From Candidatus Omnitrophota bacterium (lineage in GTDB: Bacteria > Omnitrophota > Gorgyraeia > Tantalellales > Tantalellaceae), in the NCBI GenBank assembly GCA_015231405.1, contig JADGBR010000001.1, positions 385,762 to 449,761 of the forward strand: 64,000 nt of DNA. Reading direction: 5' to 3'. A program made the translations under genes and the position numbers. Below, piece by piece: positions 18,743-31,100 of this stretch. The notes beneath the pieces are model-generated. The model had not been told where the DNA came from. It saw only the letters and a program-made list of their open reading frames with translations, and searched no databases. Each line of letters begins with the position of its first letter. The stretch's first letter is position 1.

Positions 18743-21700
18743 ATGGTCATAAAATATGAAAGGGTTAACTTTACATTAATAAACTTATTGATATCAATTT
18801 TATTGATTTATCCAAACGAGGCACATTCGCAGGACCAGGATAACTCTTCGATTGGTTTGAATAAGACCGAGATCGTTTTAGAAAGTTTCCAGGGGGAAGC
18901 GGCTAAAACAGCTTCGTTCACGATCACCAATCAGACAGGCGAAGAAAGGTCATATATGGCGATCAAGGATTCGCCATGGGTGTCGGTTAAGCCGGTAAAA
19001 TGCGCGTTAAAGGCCGGTGAAGGCAAAGAAATTGAAGTGTCGTTCGATACCTCAAAAATGGATCCGGGAGAACACAAAGCGGCTATAAGCGTTGAGGAAC
19101 CTCTTACCGACGCGAATGCAGAGACGATAAAGATCAGTGTGACGATCAAGCCCAGGGTAATGATACTTGTTAACCCGGCCGCAATATCCTCAAAGCTCAC
19201 AGCCGGGAAGTCGGATAAAGGGGCTTTCAAAGTCAGTAGCGCTGGGGCCGATAAAGTGTTTTATAAGATCTCTTCCGATGTCACATGGGTCTCTTTCGAT
19301 ACAAGGGGCGGGGTTATATTTAAAGGCGATATAGCCGATGTTATGTTCGATATCTCGACGGAAGGTCTTCCTCCGGGTGAACATAAAGCCGCTATAAAAG
19401 TTGAAAGTTCAGAAGCCGCGAATAGCCCCCAGACGATAGATCTCGCGTTGACAGTAACGGATGACGGGCCAAAGCCGAAGATAGAAATAAGCGCGGACGC
19501 GCTTGAATATGAAGTTAAAGGCAAAGACCCTTCACTGCCTCAGGCTTTTCTGATCTCGAATGAGGGAGGTGGCAAGCTCAACGCGAAAATATCGGCGAAT
19601 GTTCCATGGTTAAAGATCTCGCCGGATTCGGGTAAGGCTGGGAAGAATGAGGATATAATAATTTCTGTTTTTTGCGTGAACGAAGGGTTATCGGCAGGCG
19701 ATAATAAGGGCGTAATAACCGTTTCCGGCGATAACGCCTCAAATAGCCCGATCGAGATAGCGGTCAGCGCGAATTATGAGGAAAAACCCGAAAAGAACAC
19801 GGAGGATAAAGAGCCCGAAATACGTATCGATCCGGCCGAACTTACCGCGCGCGCGGCGCGGGGCAAGGACCCTATGAAGGGCGCTCTTTACATTGAAAAT
19901 TCCGGTAAAGTCGACCTTGTTTACGAGATCGTAACAGAAGATAAATGGCTGTCAGTTAAACCGTCGAAAAAAGAGCTAAAGCCCGGCGAAAGGTCCGAAT
20001 TAGAGGTCATCTACAAGACATCTGACCTTGGCGTTGACGCGTATTCCTCGGAGATGGATGTTAAGGTAAAAGACTCGGATACGGTCTATGCGATACCGGT
20101 AGCGCTTACGGTCGATCCGCAAAAAAGCGGAGTTAAAAAGAAAGAGACATTGAGCTCCGAGGAGGCGAACGAATGGTGGCAGAAAAGCCCGTGGAATAAA
20201 ATGCCTGAAAAGGGTGAGACCATATACACAAGAGGGACGCTTCCGCCTCGCCCGCTTATCCCGTTCATCATGACATTTGGGAATAAAGCGGATAAAGACA
20301 TATCATATATGGATTTCAGGGACAATAAGGAGATCACTCTGAGTTATGGCGATTGGAATAAACACATGGGCAGCATTTCCTTTACTGACGAAAATGGCAA
20401 GTTCCTTTATGGGGTAGGCGATCCTATCCTATGGGAAGTCACTGTCAACTATGCCCTTTACAGCCCCTGGGCGGAACGCTGGGGATACGCCCTGGAAAAA
20501 TATTATTACGCCGGATCATATTATGAAGGTTGGACAAGCGAGCCTTTATCCGGGACAGACGCGGATGAGGCGGTCATCATTAAAAAGCCGGAGTTTAACG
20601 ATAAAGGGAAAAAGGTTCGAGAACAATGTCATCTTATCGCGGTTAAGGGAGGAGCCGTTGTCGATATATACGGGACGATTAATATCGAAGTATGCGTAAA
20701 AGTAATGGGTAAAGAGATCGATCTTAAAGAATTACTGGAGCAGGCTTTAAAACAGACTTCCGATAAGAAATGGACGAGTTTATATAAGCCCGATAAAGGC
20801 GATCCACGATACGATAATTTACTACCGCGGCTAAAGCCGTTTGTCAGGAATATGGGCACGCTTGACCCGCATTTCATTGATTACCGTCCTTTGGCCGGAG
20901 GTAATGACGTTAATAAGCAGATCAGCCTGGGATATACTACTTTCACGCTTCCTAATAAAGCAAAAGAATGGAGATGCGAGGTCAATAACCTTTCTTTCTT
21001 CTATCCTGACAATAACGGGAAGGAACAGTCGGAAAATATGGTTAAATACAGCTTAGAAGGCTATAAACAGGGATATTACGCTAACTTGCATGAAACTCAT
21101 CCCATATCAAAAGGTGACGAAGGCTATCTAGTGATCTTGTACAACACCGATAACAATGGCGAAAAATACCTGTCAGGATACCAGTATATAATCCGTGTCG
21201 GTACATCCGTGATTAAATTTGCTTTTTCTGAAGGTAAGGGAGAACCTCCGGCTGAGATCGTCGATGACCTTATCGCTCTCGCAGGTAAAATGGATTATGA
21301 CGAATTGTTTAACGAAGCTTACGCCCAGATCACATCAGGTGAGATAAGCGTCCAGGAAGATATCCCTAATGAACCTGACTTTTCCTTAGATGCCGAACCT
21401 TTCGAGATAACCGGGCCCGAAGATGTCTCCGAAGAAGACACGCCGCAAGCTATAAACCCTCAGGTCGGTCAAAATAACCAGGCCTTGAACGCGGCGAATA
21501 CCCCAAAAACCGGAGACAAAAGCGCTAACGGCCTTGTATATTCCGAAACTTTCAATGATTGGGTTAAACCGTCGGTTTATGATAACGAGATCAAACAGAA
21601 AGAGGCCGGGCGCATATGGATGGGCGACAAACGCGGATGGGAAACGGCCGATGAAACAAAGGATAAAGACGCGCTGAATGAACGTTATGAGACTGGCCGA

Positions 21701-23263
21701 AAAGAGTCTGACGCGGCTATGAGTGCTGCGCTTAAGACTATTACGGACGATATCAGCGCGACAAAGAATAAGATCAACGAAATGGAATCCAGACGTGAAA
21801 AGACCCAAGCGCTGCGCGATAAGTTGAACCAGCTTGAAGACGAAAGAAAACAGGCTGAAATTGACTCAAGATGGAACGGCAGCGCTGTCCTAAGCGATAC
21901 CGCTTATAAGGTTGGCCGCGAAGCCTTTACGGGGTCAAACGAGGACGGGGAGACATCATATAAAGCCATGGCCCTTAGAATGCTCATGGGAGCCGCTACC
22001 GGAGGAACATCGGAAGCCGTTTACCAGACCGCCGACGCCGGTTATCGCATACATGATAATGTACTTAACGGCGACAGCGTTACAAAGGCCATAATAAGGA
22101 CGGCCGGAACTATGGCGGTCGAGGAAGTCATAGGCCGGGCACAGGGCGCGGTTATATCCTGGGGATTGAATAAAGGTTCTTCTGTAGCTAAAAAAGTGCT
22201 GGGAGGCGCCGCCAACTCATCATCTGAGAACATTGACATAACTCCTCAAATAGCCAAAAAAGAACAAGCCATGAAAAAAGCGTTAACATTAAAGAACGAG
22301 ACGCAAAAAGTCGAAGCCGTCAAAAAGTTGTACCAGGAAGGCGGCATGAAGGACCTGTCAGCGCTTGAAAGGTCAGGGCGCATCAATGCCGTCGAAGCTA
22401 AAGAGATCAATAAAATTATAACGAAAGAGGTTAATGAAGCCGTCGATAAAGGCGTAAAAAGTACCATCCAGCGCTTCAAAAAAGCTACAGGCGTCGATAT
22501 CAGCGAAGTAATGGTTGGAGACTCAGGCTCAAGCGCCGGTAAGCTATTCCGCTCGGTCAATACCGACGCCGACAGGACGACCCTGGTTACGTTCAAGAAA
22601 GAAAGTCTCCAAAAATACGCCGATACGAATTGCGGCGGAGATGTTTCAAAAGCTTATGACGAGCTATCAAAGTCATTTGCCAAGGACCAGGACAAGCAGG
22701 TGAACAAATTTCTAATGAAAAAAGGCCTCACGGCCGGAGATGTCGACTATAAGACCTATGACAGGATAGGTTCCTCCTCAGGCCATGCCGATTCATATTC
22801 GGATGGTTTTGTGAGGACACAGCAGGCGGCAAAAGGAACAACTACGGTTTATACAGGTCTCGGCGGGAACGGCCAGGTAAAAGCCTATAAGACCTCTGGC
22901 CAGGCTATGACCGACCGCGAGGCCCTCAACAGGCTCGATATCTCCGGTGATAGGGCTTTACTGACGAGCGGTCCCAAAATAACCGCATCAGAATCGAATT
23001 CCATCATCGGACAACAGATGAAAGCCCTTTCAAAGCCGGATATAAGCGCGGAAAAAGCGTCGAAAGCGTTGCTCCGAACGGATAAAGCCGAAGCTTTAAT
23101 GAATAATAAGAATATTGACCCTGATCTCATCGAAAAAGCCCGTCTGATCCGCGAAAGACCCCAGGACGTTTCAAAGATCCTTGGAGACACCAGTGAAAAG
23201 GAATTTGTGGAAAATATAAGGAAAGCCGTCAATAGTTCAGGCGTACGGAACGGTGAAAAGTAA
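18743..23263 (+). CDS. Exported protein with four BACON/Ig-like repeats, coiled coil and a putative C-terminal effector domain (1506 aa)
   Basis: GGAGG RBS and signal peptide. Four ~110-aa repeats with W-[LV]-x-[VI]-x-P...G-E...I-x-V pattern (~18830-20120). Coiled coil and GAATGG hydrophobic helices before the C-terminal domain. Confidence 0.8.
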   Translation: MVIKYERVNFTLINLLISILLIYPNEAHSQDQDNSSIGLNKTEIVLESFQGEAAKTASFTITNQTGEERSYMAIKDSPWVSVKPVKCALKAGEGKEIEVSFDTSKMDPGEHKAAISVEEPLTDANAETIKISVTIKPRVMILVNPAAISSKLTAGKSDKGAFKVSSAGADKVFYKISSDVTWVSFDTRGGVIFKGDIADVMFDISTEGLPPGEHKAAIKVESSEAANSPQTIDLALTVTDDGPKPKIEISADALEYEVKGKDPSLPQAFLISNEGGGKLNAKISANVPWLKISPDSGKAGKNEDIIISVFCVNEGLSAGDNKGVITVSGDNASNSPIEIAVSANYEEKPEKNTEDKEPEIRIDPAELTARAARGKDPMKGALYIENSGKVDLVYEIVTEDKWLSVKPSKKELKPGERSELEVIYKTSDLGVDAYSSEMDVKVKDSDTVYAIPVALTVDPQKSGVKKKETLSSEEANEWWQKSPWNKMPEKGETIYTRGTLPPRPLIPFIMTFGNKADKDISYMDFRDNKEITLSYGDWNKHMGSISFTDENGKFLYGVGDPILWEVTVNYALYSPWAERWGYALEKYYYAGSYYEGWTSEPLSGTDADEAVIIKKPEFNDKGKKVREQCHLIAVKGGAVVDIYGTINIEVCVKVMGKEIDLKELLEQALKQTSDKKWTSLYKPDKGDPRYDNLLPRLKPFVRNMGTLDPHFIDYRPLAGGNDVNKQISLGYTTFTLPNKAKEWRCEVNNLSFFYPDNNGKEQSENMVKYSLEGYKQGYYANLHETHPISKGDEGYLVILYNTDNNGEKYLSGYQYIIRVGTSVIKFAFSEGKGEPPAEIVDDLIALAGKMDYDELFNEAYAQITSGEISVQEDIPNEPDFSLDAEPFEITGPEDVSEEDTPQAINPQVGQNNQALNAANTPKTGDKSANGLVYSETFNDWVKPSVYDNEIKQKEAGRIWMGDKRGWETADETKDKDALNERYETGRKESDAAMSAALKTITDDISATKNKINEMESRREKTQALRDKLNQLEDERKQAEIDSRWNGSAVLSDTAYKVGREAFTGSNEDGETSYKAMALRMLMGAATGGTSEAVYQTADAGYRIHDNVLNGDSVTKAIIRTAGTMAVEEVIGRAQGAVISWGLNKGSSVAKKVLGGAANSSSENIDITPQIAKKEQAMKKALTLKNETQKVEAVKKLYQEGGMKDLSALERSGRINAVEAKEINKIITKEVNEAVDKGVKSTIQRFKKATGVDISEVMVGDSGSSAGKLFRSVNTDADRTTLVTFKKESLQKYADTNCGGDVSKAYDELSKSFAKDQDKQVNKFLMKKGLTAGDVDYKTYDRIGSSSGHADSYSDGFVRTQQAAKGTTTVYTGLGGNGQVKAYKTSGQAMTDREALNRLDISGDRALLTSGPKITASESNSIIGQQMKALSKPDISAEKASKALLRTDKAEALMNNKNIDPDLIEKARLIRERPQDVSKILGDTSEKEFVENIRKAVNSSGVRNGEK

Positions 23264-23299
23264 TACCATGAGTTACAAAATATGTGATAGGATATGTAA

Positions 23300-24856
23300 A
23301 TGAACCTTAAAGATAATAACAATAAGCCGCATCATTCCGAAGAGGAGATCCAAAAGTGTATAGATATCCTGACAACGCTTGTCGGTGATAATAAATACCT
23401 GGCGCAGTTATCGGAAGAGAAGCGCAAGACTCTTTTGAACGTGTCCGGCCAGCTCTCCAGGCCTGACCGTGATGAAATTAGAAGACGCAGGATGGCGAGC
23501 CGGGCCGAGAAAAAGAAGAAGATCGTAACATATGAGCGAGAACTTCGCGCGGCGACCGGTATCCGAAGCGCCCGAGAGGCGTCTGTATTTACCGCGCCTA
23601 AACAGATCGCGCCTGAGGATGGAGCAATAAAAGACAAACAGCCGGAACTAGTCAATTCCCGTGACTGTTATATCTGTAAAAGCGCTTTTACCAAGGTCCA
23701 TTTCTTTTACGACGCTTTATGCCCGAGCTGCGCTGATTTCAATTACAATAAACGTTTTCAGACGGCTCCTTTAACGGGCCAGGTGGCATTGATAACGGGA
23801 TCCAGGTTGAAGATAGGGTATCAGGCGACGCTCATGATGCTCCGGGCCGGCGCCAGGGTCATCGCCACTACGCGCTTTCCGGTAGATTCAGCGCTCCGCT
23901 ATTCACGCGAAAAAGATTTTGACGAGTGGAAGGACCGCTTACATGTGTATGGCCTTGATCTAAGGCATACACCGAGCGTTGAGATATTCTGTAACTATAT
24001 CGAGCAGAAATATGACCGCCTGGATCTATTGATAAATAACGCGGCTCAAACCGTGCGCCGTCCGCCGGGATTTTACGCTCATTTGATCGATAATGAGAAA
24101 AAACAAGCTGATGATCTTCCGGAAAGCGTCAGAATGCTTCTGAGGCCTTTTGATGAGTGTAAAAAGCAACTTAGGGCTATGGACCATAACAACGAGACTA
24201 CTGACCTGTCTCTTCCTGCATCCTGGAACGGGAAAGCCCCGGGTATAGGGATATTCGCCTCGGCCAGGCTCTCTCAAGTGCCGTACGCGTACGATCACTC
24301 TCTGCCCGTCGAACAAGTCTTCCCAAAAGGCGAATTGGACGCCGATCTTCAGCAGGTCGATCTCAGGGCGACCAACAGCTGGCGCCTTCGCCTGGGCCAG
24401 ATACCGACCGCCGAGATGTTCGAATTACAGCTCGTGAACGCTATCGCGCCGTTCGTCCTCTGTAACAGGCTGTCGGTGATGATGAAACGCCAGAATACCG
24501 GCCAGAAACATATAGTCAATGTCTCCGCAATGGAAGGAAAGTTCAGCCGCTACATCAAAACCGCCTGTCATCCTCATACAAACATGGCTAAAGCCGGTTT
24601 GAATATGCTAACCCATACCTCAGCTCGAGACCTTGTCGAAAGCGGTATCTTCATGAATTCCGTCGATACCGGCTGGGTCACCGACGAGGACCCCGCCGCG
24701 CTTTCCAAACGCAAGCAGGAAATCCTGGATTTCCAGCCGCCCCTGGATATAGTCGACGGCGCCGCCAGAGTTTGCGACCCGTTTTTTGACGGAATACTTA
24801 CTGGTAAACACTGGTGCGGCAGGTTCCTCAAGGACTATTTCCCTGTAGAATGGTGA
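23300..24856 (+). CDS. Atypical SDR-family oxidoreductase with N-terminal CxxC/CxxC zinc-binding region
   Basis: [11 protein letters not shown] cofactor motif, [27 protein letters not shown], plus CYIC and CPSC. Confidence 0.9.
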   Translation: MNLKDNNNKPHHSEEEIQKCIDILTTLVGDNKYLAQLSEEKRKTLLNVSGQLSRPDRDEIRRRRMASRAEKKKKIVTYERELRAATGIRSAREASVFTAPKQIAPEDGAIKDKQPELVNSRDCYICKSAFTKVHFFYDALCPSCADFNYNKRFQTAPLTGQVALITGSRLKIGYQATLMMLRAGARVIATTRFPVDSALRYSREKDFDEWKDRLHVYGLDLRHTPSVEIFCNYIEQKYDRLDLLINNAAQTVRRPPGFYAHLIDNEKKQADDLPESVRMLLRPFDECKKQLRAMDHNNETTDLSLPASWNGKAPGIGIFASARLSQVPYAYDHSLPVEQVFPKGELDADLQQVDLRATNSWRLRLGQIPTAEMFELQLVNAIAPFVLCNRLSVMMKRQNTGQKHIVNVSAMEGKFSRYIKTACHPHTNMAKAGLNMLTHTSARDLVESGIFMNSVDTGWVTDEDPAALSKRKQEILDFQPPLDIVDGAARVCDPFFDGILTGKHWCGRFLKDYFPVEW

Positions 24857-25128
24857 TATCGTAGATACATACAAACATTCTAGTATTTCAGTTTTCTTCA
24901 GCAAGTCGGTCATCGCTTCATATGGCATCACCATGCATTAGTATATTATAAATCTATATATTTTTTTTGCAAAATACTGTAATTAAACTAGTTTAATCAA
25001 TATACCATGATAACTTACGAAAATGTACACATGTTATTAGAATCATGATTTTCGACTAGTTAGCTCTAAAAAATGGTCATCATTATTCATTAGTTAGTAT
25101 TCTAAAAATTAAGTTATATTTTTTGCCT

Positions 25129-25157
25129 CTGACATACCCACAGTGTAATATTATTAT
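25129..25157 (+). promoter_or_regulatory. Candidate sigma70 promoter of the 6162-aa gene
   Basis: CTGACA (25129-25134), 17 bp, TATTAT (25152-25157) in a 340-bp AT-rich gap. AAGGGG RBS-like sequence before the ATG at 25198. Confidence 0.35.
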
Positions 25158-25197
25158 ATAAGTTTATAATAAGCTAACGCCAAGGGGATTTCATTGC

Positions 25198-28100
25198 ATG
25201 AAATTTAAAAACTTTGTAAAAATTACAGCTATCCTGGTAACTGTTTCGTTCCTCCAACAGAGTACGTTCGGATACGCTCAATTCGAGTATGGGGATAGCA
25301 CTATCACTAAGACCGATCTAGGCGGGAATGTAGAGGAGAAAAGCGTATCATTTGTGCCGTCTTCTTTAGCCACAATAAAAAGATCCTATACCGGCGATGA
25401 TAAGAACGCGCCCGGAATCATACATATCCAGGATGCCCATTGCGTTTATCCGTGCCAGGAGAGGATAAATACCATATTGGAACATTTGGAAAAAGACCGC
25501 GGGATAAAAAGGATTTTTCTCGAGGGCGGTTCGGGCCGGTATGACCTTACGGTCTTCAGGCAAATAGCTGACAGGGAATTGAGAAGAGAGGTGTCGGAAG
25601 TTTTTATGAAAGAGGGCGTAATTAACGCCGCCGAGTATTTCGCGGCGAATAGCGACAGGGAGATCGAGCTTATAGGGGTCGAGGATCCGGCTCTATACAT
25701 GAGGAATCTAGGCGTTTTCAGGGAGACGAATAAGTCCATCGCGGATGAGACGGGGCTACTCGAGAAGTTCAAAGTTCTTATGAAAAAGATAGCTTCCGGA
25801 GTTTTTTCTGAGGATCTGGCCGTATTTTACAGTTTTTACGAGGGGCATAAGACGGATAAGATCGGACTTGCCGAATATATCATGTACCTTTCCAAGGTGA
25901 CTGGGGCCGCCCCGGGTATGAGATCACCGGACGCCGGGAACATAGCGAAGATAATGAAAATATCCGCGATGGAAAAAGCCGTCGATTTCAGGAAAGCCGA
26001 AAAGGAAAGAACGGATATGCTGGATCACCTTTTCAGGACCCTACCAAATTCGATAAAAGAGAGGCTCTTGACCGAGATGGTCGCGTACAAGAAAGGGGAA
26101 CGTTTAGACCTTGAGTTCAACGAGTATCTTGCTGGCGTATTCGGGAATACGGGTGAAAGCGCCGGGGTACGTCATGAGGAGCTGGATAAATATATCGAGT
26201 ATTTGAGGGAATGGTCTGGAGTGGACAGCTTTAAACTGATGGAAGAGATACCGCTCATGGAGAACGAGATTAAAAAGCGCTTCGCCGCGAACGCGGGAGA
26301 GCGAACTCTCGTAGATATCTGGGACAGGGTCGAGCAAACTGAAAAAATCCTAGGGTTCAAGCTTGTGAGCGACGAATATGTCCGGATCAAAACCGATACG
26401 TTTAAATACACTTTCGGGGGGATACTTGAGGATATGAGGAAAGCGTTCGCAGTGGATTTTTCAGAAGATATTGAAGACCTGGTAGCCGAGTTGGGAAAAG
26501 CGGATCGGGATAACCGGTTAATTAAAAATGTCCTGGGATTTTACGAATACTCGTTCGAGCGGGACGGGGTTTTTATCGAGGAGATAAACAACGCCGGGCG
26601 GCAGGGAAACGGTGCCGGCGACGGGGTTAGTGTTTTTATGACGGGAGGGTTCCACACCGGCAATATCTGCTCGCTTTTAGAGAAGAACGGCATGTCTTAT
26701 GTTTCGGTCATACCGAAATTCGACAACGAGGAAGGTTCGTCCGAGAGGTATTTCGGGATACTCGCCGGTAAGAGGGAGGGCCTCGTGGGCGGTATAACCG
26801 CGGCGATGTCGAACCTTCAGGTCCCGACGCTCCTCGACCAGGCGCTCGGCGCGGAAGTGTGGGGGAAGGGCGGAATAGGGCGGATGGAAGCGGCGGTATA
26901 TGTTCAGACGCTGGTCTCAAAAGGATATAGGGTAGAGATATACGACGATGTGACGGGAGAAACTCTTTTCTCTTACGGTAAGGGCGGAAAACTCATCCGC
27001 TGCGCCCGGACGAATTTCCCGCGAGAGGTGCATGAGAGATTTATAGCCGAGACGGAGGGCGATGCCGGCAAGGCAGGCATCGCGGGTGAGGAAGTGGCGG
27101 ACGACGCGAATGTGAACGCGGAGAATGTCGGGAAGGTACTTAAGGAAAGGGTGTACCTGCGGGATGAAGAGCTTGAAGCGCTAGTTAGCGGTGTCATAGA
27201 CTACCATAGCAAATTTAACGAGCTACTTGAAGGGGTAAGGAAGGCGGCGTCCGACCCCGCAAGGTTCAAGATATCCATACGCGAAATAAAAAGGTTCTCG
27301 GATGATTTTAAACGCATTTTTCTCGCGCTTGTAGCATCAGGCTATGAGAGGACGGATTCACTGACCACGGCTATAGGGTACGCTTCAAGGAATATCTACA
27401 TGGATATGCTCGACGAGAAAAGTCCTGAGTATCAGGCCATGGCTCGATTAATGGCGGATACCGATATTTTAAGTATCCCCGGGATCGTAAAAGGGAACGG
27501 CGATAACCTGTTTGACAGGACATACGCTAAAGTTGCCAGGGCTATTGATAGCGGGATACCCGCGCTATTCATAAAAGACAAGGATGCGCTCGGGGCTCTC
27601 GAGCGGGCGATAAAGAAATACTCGCAAAAACCCGGAGTCAAGGTCGTGAATATGGAATGCACGCCGGCGAGCGACTCGGCTCAGCTTATCGGCGGGTTCA
27701 TGCCGAAGGGGAGGGTCGATGTCGCGGAGGCTTACAAACGGGTGGGTATGGCTATAAGCGGCAAAGCCGCTTTATCGATAATCGAAATACTCGCTGAACT
27801 TCTCGATAAAAAGAAAGAAGAGGTCACCGAAAAGGAAAGAAAGGACTTCACGGAGATATATGACGAGGGGAAGGGCGACGAAGGGCTAATTATAGCCGCG
27901 GCTATGGTCCTAGAGGACCCGAAGTCGTGGCGTAACAAGCTAGTTTACGAAAAAGGGCTGCTCGCGCGTATCATCGATAAATGCAAAGAGGATAAGGACA
28001 CGACTTATATTTTCAACATTGAGAACATAGAAGCCCTCCCCGGAAGGATCCGCGCCCAGCTTAACGCTTTCCTCCTGACAGGCGAACTCCGCGTCCCCGG

Positions 28101-31100
28101 CGCTCCCGGAAAAAAGGACAGAAAACTTATCGCCCCGAAGAACCTCCGGATAATAGCGTCGATGAGCGATGAGGCGGTACTGGAGGACGGAGCTTTCTAC
28201 GACAGGTTCCTCCGGAAAAAAGTCGCAGGAGCGAATGAAGATGACTTTAGAGCCTTGGCAAAAAAGGATCTTCCCGAAATAAAGGAAGATACCGTAAAGT
28301 TCCTGTTAAAATTCAGGGAAGAGCTGAATTCCGGGGTATCCGAATGTTCCCTTGCCGATCTGATGGGCATCGTTAAATATGCCGCGGAAGCGGCATCCGT
28401 AAATGGCGACAGTGTGGATCAGTTAGTTATCGCGGCCTATGAAACAGGGAAATATTTTGACGCTAAGGGCGTTTCAAAGGAGAAGAGGGCGGATCATGAT
28501 TCCGTCGTTATGACATCGTTCGCCGCGATGAATGATGACAGTTCATTGGCTCCGGGTGATGTGAGCGGAGTATTAGATCTTTTCTGGGATCCGGCGAGGC
28601 CCGGCTCGGGCCCTCCGACCTTCGCGTGGGGCGGTCCGGGAGGGCTGGACAGGGCGACGCTTATAAAGATCTTGCGTCATATAGCCGTCGTCGCGGGCGG
28701 CAAAAGCGAGATGACGATGGGGGAAATGTCCGGCGTATTTCAGGATGAGTTCGGCGCTCTTTTAAATACTGAAGTGGTGGATCGGTATAAAGGGAAATTC
28801 GGGGATAAACCGGTCGATGAGTTCGTGTCTCTCCTCGTATTTGCCGTTGATGGGAATGACAGAAGTGGCGTAATAGTAAATCTTCTCGAGCCGTTCGGTC
28901 CGGCCGCGGGTGGGGCGGGAACGGATATCGCCGAACTTATGAAAGTAAAGAACTCGGGCATGAGATATGACCGGGGCGAGAAAAAAATAATTTTTGATAT
29001 TTACGCTCCCGGACTTAAGATCAATAAAGATATTTCGGATAAGCTCGAGCGGTATATCTCGGACAGGGTTAAGCAAAAGGGTAAGGGGGGATTCTCCCCG
29101 GATGACGAAGATGGGGCTATCCGAGACTTTTTCATGGACGAGCTCGACTATTTCATCGGCACCGACGAAAAACGCATGCTTTCAGCGGTAGCGCGGTCGA
29201 TGGAATACGGTAACGGGGTCATAAGGATAGAAGGCGCGACCGGCGCCGGTAAAACTTATACGGCTGAGCTGCTCTCCCGCATCATGGATTTCGGCGATGA
29301 AGTGAGGTCGCGTTTCTATTCGGAGCCGGTCAATAAGGAGACCAAACTCGCGAGGTTCCTCGGCTATTTTCGCGCCGACAAGTTCGGCTATTACTCCATA
29401 GACCAGACGACCCCTTTCCTGGATATCTTAAAATATGGCGGCGTTGCCGCCGTATCCGAGATGAATACGTCCGTTAAGGACGAATACGCCAAACTCGCCT
29501 GGTGGTTCATCCAGTTCGCCCGCGGAGACAGGGAGATATTCCTGAACGAATATCCCAGGAAGGGCGAGAACGGCGCCATAAGCCCGTCGATAAAGAGACA
29601 CCCGAAGGCGCTCATCATAATCGACGTTAACCCCGAAGATTACGAGGGGAGGGGCAAATTCCCGCGCGAGCTTATCGAGAACACCCCGAGCGTTTATGTC
29701 GACGAGAAAATGAACGATCTGGAGCATATTAAAAAAGTGACGAGAGCGTTCCTGAAACATATAGACGACGGCGAAAAGAAAGACGCGCTCGTCGACTTCA
29801 TAGCAGGCGCGCATGTGAAGATCTTCGACAAGGTGAAAGAAGCGAACGAGAACGGGGACAGGTATCCGCCTTTGAGTTACAGGGAGCTCGCGAGGGTCAC
29901 GAAGAGCATACCCGCGGGGCTTGCCATGAATGAGTCCCTGGTCATGGCCGAAAAAGCGGTGAACAAATATTACATCAAGGCGTTCGTTTCGGAACAGATA
30001 AAAAGCGATCTGAAATTAGGTCTTCTATTGTGGTCGGCTACCGAGGAGAGGGACGAGATAATAAAAGATGTTCTGTTCGGCAACCCAGAGGGAAGGAGCC
30101 CGCCTGTCCTGGTCACATCTTCGTCTGATGAAAACCCGTTCGAGGATATCGATTCGGCGGTCAATATGTTCAAAGAAGAGAACCCCGATAAAGAACTTTA
30201 CCGTGAACGCGTGAGGGTAACCTGGTTCGATGACGAGTTCAAGCTTTTCGGCGGGTTCCTGCCGATATCCATCAGGGAAAAAGCCTCTGCAGCCGCGGAG
30301 AGGTTAAAGGTCCTCCTTGCCGACGCCGGGACGAGAGATAAGGCGAACGGTATATACAGGGAGCTTCAGGCGAAGAGCGCTCAGCCTGTCAACGACCTCC
30401 CCGAAGATATTTCCGGCCTCGGCGATAACTTCATCCTTTCTTTAAGCGAAGCTCTTGACGCGCTCCGGAGCGGGCGTGAATGGACCCAGGCGCTCAGGTA
30501 TGAGAACGGGATAATACCGAGGCTTATCGATGAGGCGGAGAGAGAGCGGAAAGCTAAAGGCAAAGACGCGAAAATATTCATTATCGAACTCGAGAATATC
30601 CACAGGATAAAACCTGGTCTCGCCGTCGCGTTCAACTCGATCCTGCAGGAAGGCTACTATTATGATCCCGCGAGCCATACGAGAAAACAGGTCCCCGCCA
30701 ACCTGAAGTTCGTCGCGACAAGCGTAAGCGAATCGCCCCTTCCGTTCTCCGTGGCTGAAGAATCGAGGTGGGTGAGGCTTAAACAGACCGAGAGGGTTTT
30801 TGACCCCCTGGACACGGGTTCCGCTTTTCAGGGGATCATACCGGCCATGATACGGGATGAGCGGAAAAAGAGAGTGGAGGCCGGCATGCCGGACGGCGGG
30901 GAAGATCCGTCTACGGACGACTTAAATAAAGTCACGCAGTCTGTGCTGGCATATCTTAGGCCATATTTCATAAATCACCTGACATCGAGCAAAGAAGCTA
31001 AGATATTTGTAGCGGATTTCATCAAGGAGCTTACCAGCATTCCCGATATGGTAAAACTCATACGTGATGACGACGAGGGCTTTTTAAGGCTGATCTCGCG

